From a bacterium (GTDB lineage Bacteria > Zhuqueibacterota > Zhuqueibacteria > Oceanimicrobiales > Oceanimicrobiaceae): DNA of 50,842 nt. The notes under the pieces are model-generated. The model was not told the origin of the DNA. It worked only from the letters and a program-made list of their open reading frames with translations, and did not search any database. Numbering within the stretch: the first letter of the stretch is position 1; each line of letters opens with the position of its first letter. Positions 48,210 through 50,842 of the stretch are shown piece by piece. Both the position numbers and the translations under genes were made by a program. The stretch is taken from contig JBHHXT010000012.1 of assembly GCA_046757165.1 (NCBI GenBank), positions 1 through 50,842 of the forward strand, written 5' to 3'.

Positions 48210-50684
48210 TCAACACTTCGACCACCCACAATTGTAGCACATGATGCACGCCGATTCGTGCGTCACGGTTGAGCCGCATTCCGGGCAGCCCGTCATCTTG
48301 GCGGCGTGCGCGGCGCGTGATTCTTTTCCTTCTTCTTGCTTTTCTTCTTTGTTGCGCTCTGGGGCGGTGGTGCTGTGGTGATTGAGCGCGTCACCTGAAT
48401 TCTGGGGTGTCGGCAGATGACCTCTGCGGATGAGATATCTTTCCAGGGCTTTGCCGATGGCGTCAGGGGTCGACAGGATGAGCTCGCCGTCCTCCCAGAC
48501 CGGGGCCGGCCCGGAAATTCCCTTGAGCTGAGCGATGATCTCACGCGGATCGATATGTGAACGCAGCGCTAATGAGATGAGCCGACTGATGGCCTCGGTT
48601 TGCGCGGGTGCGTTGCCGCCTGCCTTGCCGATGTTGGAGAACACCTCACAGATCCCATCCTCGTCTTCGTTGATGGTGACATAAAGATTGCCCTCGCCGG
48701 TGCGAATGCGTTCGGTGAGGCCGTGCGTGAACTTGGGTCGCGTTCTGGGATGGTAGCCGTGCTTGTCCGCCTGGACATGCGTAAACTTTTCTGTTTGCAA
48801 GATGCCTTCACGACTTCCTTCGCGGTAGACGGTGACCCCTTTCAGGCCGGTCTTATAAGCCGTGATATAGATGTCCGCCACCGTCTCCGGCGAAACACTT
48901 TGCGGTAGATTGACCGTCGATGACAGGCTGGTGTCGACGTACTTCTGGATGACCCCTTGCATTTTCACTCTAAAGTACGGGTCGATGTCATGGGCCGTCG
49001 CAACGTAATCCGGCAGGTTTTTGTCGCCGCCAAACAGTTGCCTGATAAGGGGGTGGTAAACCTTGTACTCGCGGAAGCTTTCGCCGTCGTGGTTTTTTAC
49101 CCGGCGGGTGTAGCTGGTGCAGAAAATAGGTTCGATGCCGGAGCTGGTTTCCGCCACAATGGAGCCTGTCCCAACCGGCGGCACCGTCAGGACGGTGGCG
49201 TTGCGAATCCCGTGGGCTTTGATTTCCATCTGAAGCTTTTTCGGAAGCGATTGCACAAACTTGCTTTTGCGATAGCCGGTCCAATCGAACAGCGGGAAAG
49301 CGCCTTTCTCTTTTGCCAGCTCCACGGAGGTTTCGTAGGCGACATCACGGATGGTTTTCATTATTCTTTCGGTCACGTGAAGCGCCGCTTCCGAGTCGTA
49401 CTTGATTTTCATCATGACCATGGCATCAGCCAGCCCGGTGATGCCGATACCGACTCGACGGTCTGAGCCTACGGCCTTCTTGATCTTGTCAAAAGCATGA
49501 AACGCCATGTTATAGTCGATGACATTATCCATGAAGCGGGTGACCACGCGCGTCGTCTTTTGCAGATCTTCGAAATCAAAGGTGCCATCGTCGCGCACGA
49601 ATTTCAGCAGATGGATGTTGCCGAGGTTGCAGGCCGTGTAGGCTGCCAGCGGTTGCTCGCCACAGGGATTGGTGCTGGAGAGTGGGTTTGCGTACTCGAC
49701 ATTGTGGTGCTCCCGCATGGTATCCCAGAAAATGATGCCAGGCTCAGCGGACGCATGCGCATTCTCGATGATTCTCTGCCACAGATCTTTTGCCTGCACT
49801 TTCCTGAACACTTTGGGTGGAATCGTCTTCTGCTGCTCCGGCAGACACGGCCACCTGAGCTCGAATTCCCTGTCGTTCAAAAGCGCGTCCATGAACTCAT
49901 GCGTAATCAACACACTGACATTGGCATATTTTACTTTCTGGCGGTTGGAGTCATTCTTGATGGCGATGAACTTCTCGATGTCCGGATGGTCCACCCGCAG
50001 AGTGAGCATCAACGCGCCCCGGCGGCCCGCCTGCGAAACGGTGTTGGTGCTCTCGCTGAGCAGGTTCATGAAGGCCGTTGCTCCGGGAGATTTGTCCACC
50101 GTCGCATTGACCGGTGAGCCCTCCGGACGCAGAATCGAGAGATCAGTGCCCACTCCCCCGCCCGTACGGTAGACCATCGCGCTTTCGCTCAGACAGCGAT
50201 AAATGCCGTTCAGACTATCCTGTTCGATCGGAATGACGTAGCAGTTTGACAGTGTGGGGCGTCTCTGGGCGTCGTCGCGCCCGGCGCCGTGCATGACGCG
50301 ACCCCCGGGCAGAAACTTATAGTCGAACAGGACCTGGAAGAATTCTTTGTACCAGAAATCGTGATCTTGCTCGACCGAGGCCATCGCCCGGGCAACCCGG
50401 TGCCACAAATGCAGGGGTCCGGTTTCATCCGGCGCCAGATATTTTGACCGCAGCACGTCCTTTGCCAGCGTGTTATCGCCATAGAATCTGTCGGACTCGC
50501 CGGCTTTTTCAATTCGAAGCCCAGAAAAATATTGTCCGAACTCCTTCTTTATCTTGCTGACGAGCGGCTCAGCCGACTGGGCACCATTGTGTCCGGTTTT
50601 TTTTGTTTTGTTTGGAAGACCTCCGTTTGCCGGCGCAGGCTCCCTGTTTCCCATTGCCATCGCTGAGTTGGATTTCTGTTCCAT
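48210..50684 (-). CDS. nrdJ: Adenosylcobalamin-dependent (class II) ribonucleotide reductase with TSCPD domain and Zn ribbon
   Basis: SNCYV, RRGA, TNPCGEQPL, ACNLG, SGIEP, VYREGSR, and C-terminal CPEC...C..CGWSKC. Confidence 0.95.
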   Translation of the reverse strand: MEQKSNSAMAMGNREPAPANGGLPNKTKKTGHNGAQSAEPLVSKIKKEFGQYFSGLRIEKAGESDRFYGDNTLAKDVLRSKYLAPDETGPLHLWHRVARAMASVEQDHDFWYKEFFQVLFDYKFLPGGRVMHGAGRDDAQRRPTLSNCYVIPIEQDSLNGIYRCLSESAMVYRTGGGVGTDLSILRPEGSPVNATVDKSPGATAFMNLLSESTNTVSQAGRRGALMLTLRVDHPDIEKFIAIKNDSNRQKVKYANVSVLITHEFMDALLNDREFELRWPCLPEQQKTIPPKVFRKVQAKDLWQRIIENAHASAEPGIIFWDTMREHHNVEYANPLSSTNPCGEQPLAAYTACNLGNIHLLKFVRDDGTFDFEDLQKTTRVVTRFMDNVIDYNMAFHAFDKIKKAVGSDRRVGIGITGLADAMVMMKIKYDSEAALHVTERIMKTIRDVAYETSVELAKEKGAFPLFDWTGYRKSKFVQSLPKKLQMEIKAHGIRNATVLTVPPVGTGSIVAETSSGIEPIFCTSYTRRVKNHDGESFREYKVYHPLIRQLFGGDKNLPDYVATAHDIDPYFRVKMQGVIQKYVDTSLSSTVNLPQSVSPETVADIYITAYKTGLKGVTVYREGSREGILQTEKFTHVQADKHGYHPRTRPKFTHGLTERIRTGEGNLYVTINEDEDGICEVFSNIGKAGGNAPAQTEAISRLISLALRSHIDPREIIAQLKGISGPAPVWEDGELILSTPDAIGKALERYLIRRGHLPTPQNSGDALNHHSTTAPERNKEEKQEEGKESRAAHAAKMTGCPECGSTVTHESACIMCYNCGWSKC

Positions 50685-50730
50685 GGAAATACTCCTCCTA
50701 AAACTGAATTCTTGTCGTCAAAGTGTGGAG

Positions 50731-50759
50731 AATATACAATATCTCGCATCGGAAGTCAA
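50731..50759 (-). promoter_or_regulatory. sigma70 promoter of nrdJ
   Basis: TTGACT-17 nt-TATATT on the minus strand. Confidence 0.7.
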
Positions 50760-50813
50760 GCAAAAAGTACAAAATATAGTATTTTTGGGTCTGCAACATA
50801 CTATACATGGTGT
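50734..50813. promoter_or_regulatory. Three NrdR boxes
   Basis: ATACAATATCTCGCAT (50734), GTACAAAATATAGTAT (50767) and ATACTATACATGGTGT (50798) versus the consensus acaCwAtATaTwGtgt; spacings 33 and 31 bp. Confidence 0.8.
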
Positions 50814-50842
50814 ATTTTGCCATTCTTGGGGTTTGTTGACAC

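Noticed and set aside
50685..50842. Cobalamin riboswitch upstream of nrdJ
   Set aside because: The predicted leader is too short and no B12 box is visible.

Overview
Bacterial chromosomal window from a diderm, moderately GC-rich organism. The gene content suggests an FCB-related lineage such as KSB1/Calditrichota, but this is inference only. (1) 1-9721: branched-chain amino acid operon on the minus strand, ilvD-ilvB-ilvN-ilvC-leuA(short form)-leuC-leuD-leuB(partial). It is divergent from a pheA-aminotransferase-DAHP synthase/chorismate mutase operon (10350-13469). The 630-bp gap between them holds two back-to-back sigma70 promoters and two leader peptides missed by the ORF track: a 44-aa Leu/Ile/Val-rich one with no intrinsic terminator, and a 23-aa Phe-rich one with a classical terminator/antiterminator. 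(2) 13919-34326: a ~20-kb signalling island. The minus-strand arm encodes TPR-TM, Ser/Thr kinase-TM-PEGA, FHA-FHA-TM-FG-GAP-TM, PP2C-TM, a second TPR-TM, a TPR-pseudocyclase-pseudokinase and a small GTPase. The plus-strand arm encodes exported unknowns, a TonB-like anchor protein, a duplicated unrecognised domain and PilZ. Three transcription units each carry a sigma54 -24/-12 promoter with the same TGTTTC-N5-GARACA palindrome 86-88 bp upstream, which points to one co-regulated system. This is the best candidate for an undescribed system. (3) 34465-50842: pgk, an orphan NgoMIV-family restriction endonuclease with an apparent internal deletion, pepP, redox and housekeeping genes, TolC, a PqqB-like MBL hydrolase, and class II RNR nrdJ with three NrdR boxes. 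Several REP/MITE-like palindromes are present. No rRNA, tRNA, CRISPR array or transposase was seen.
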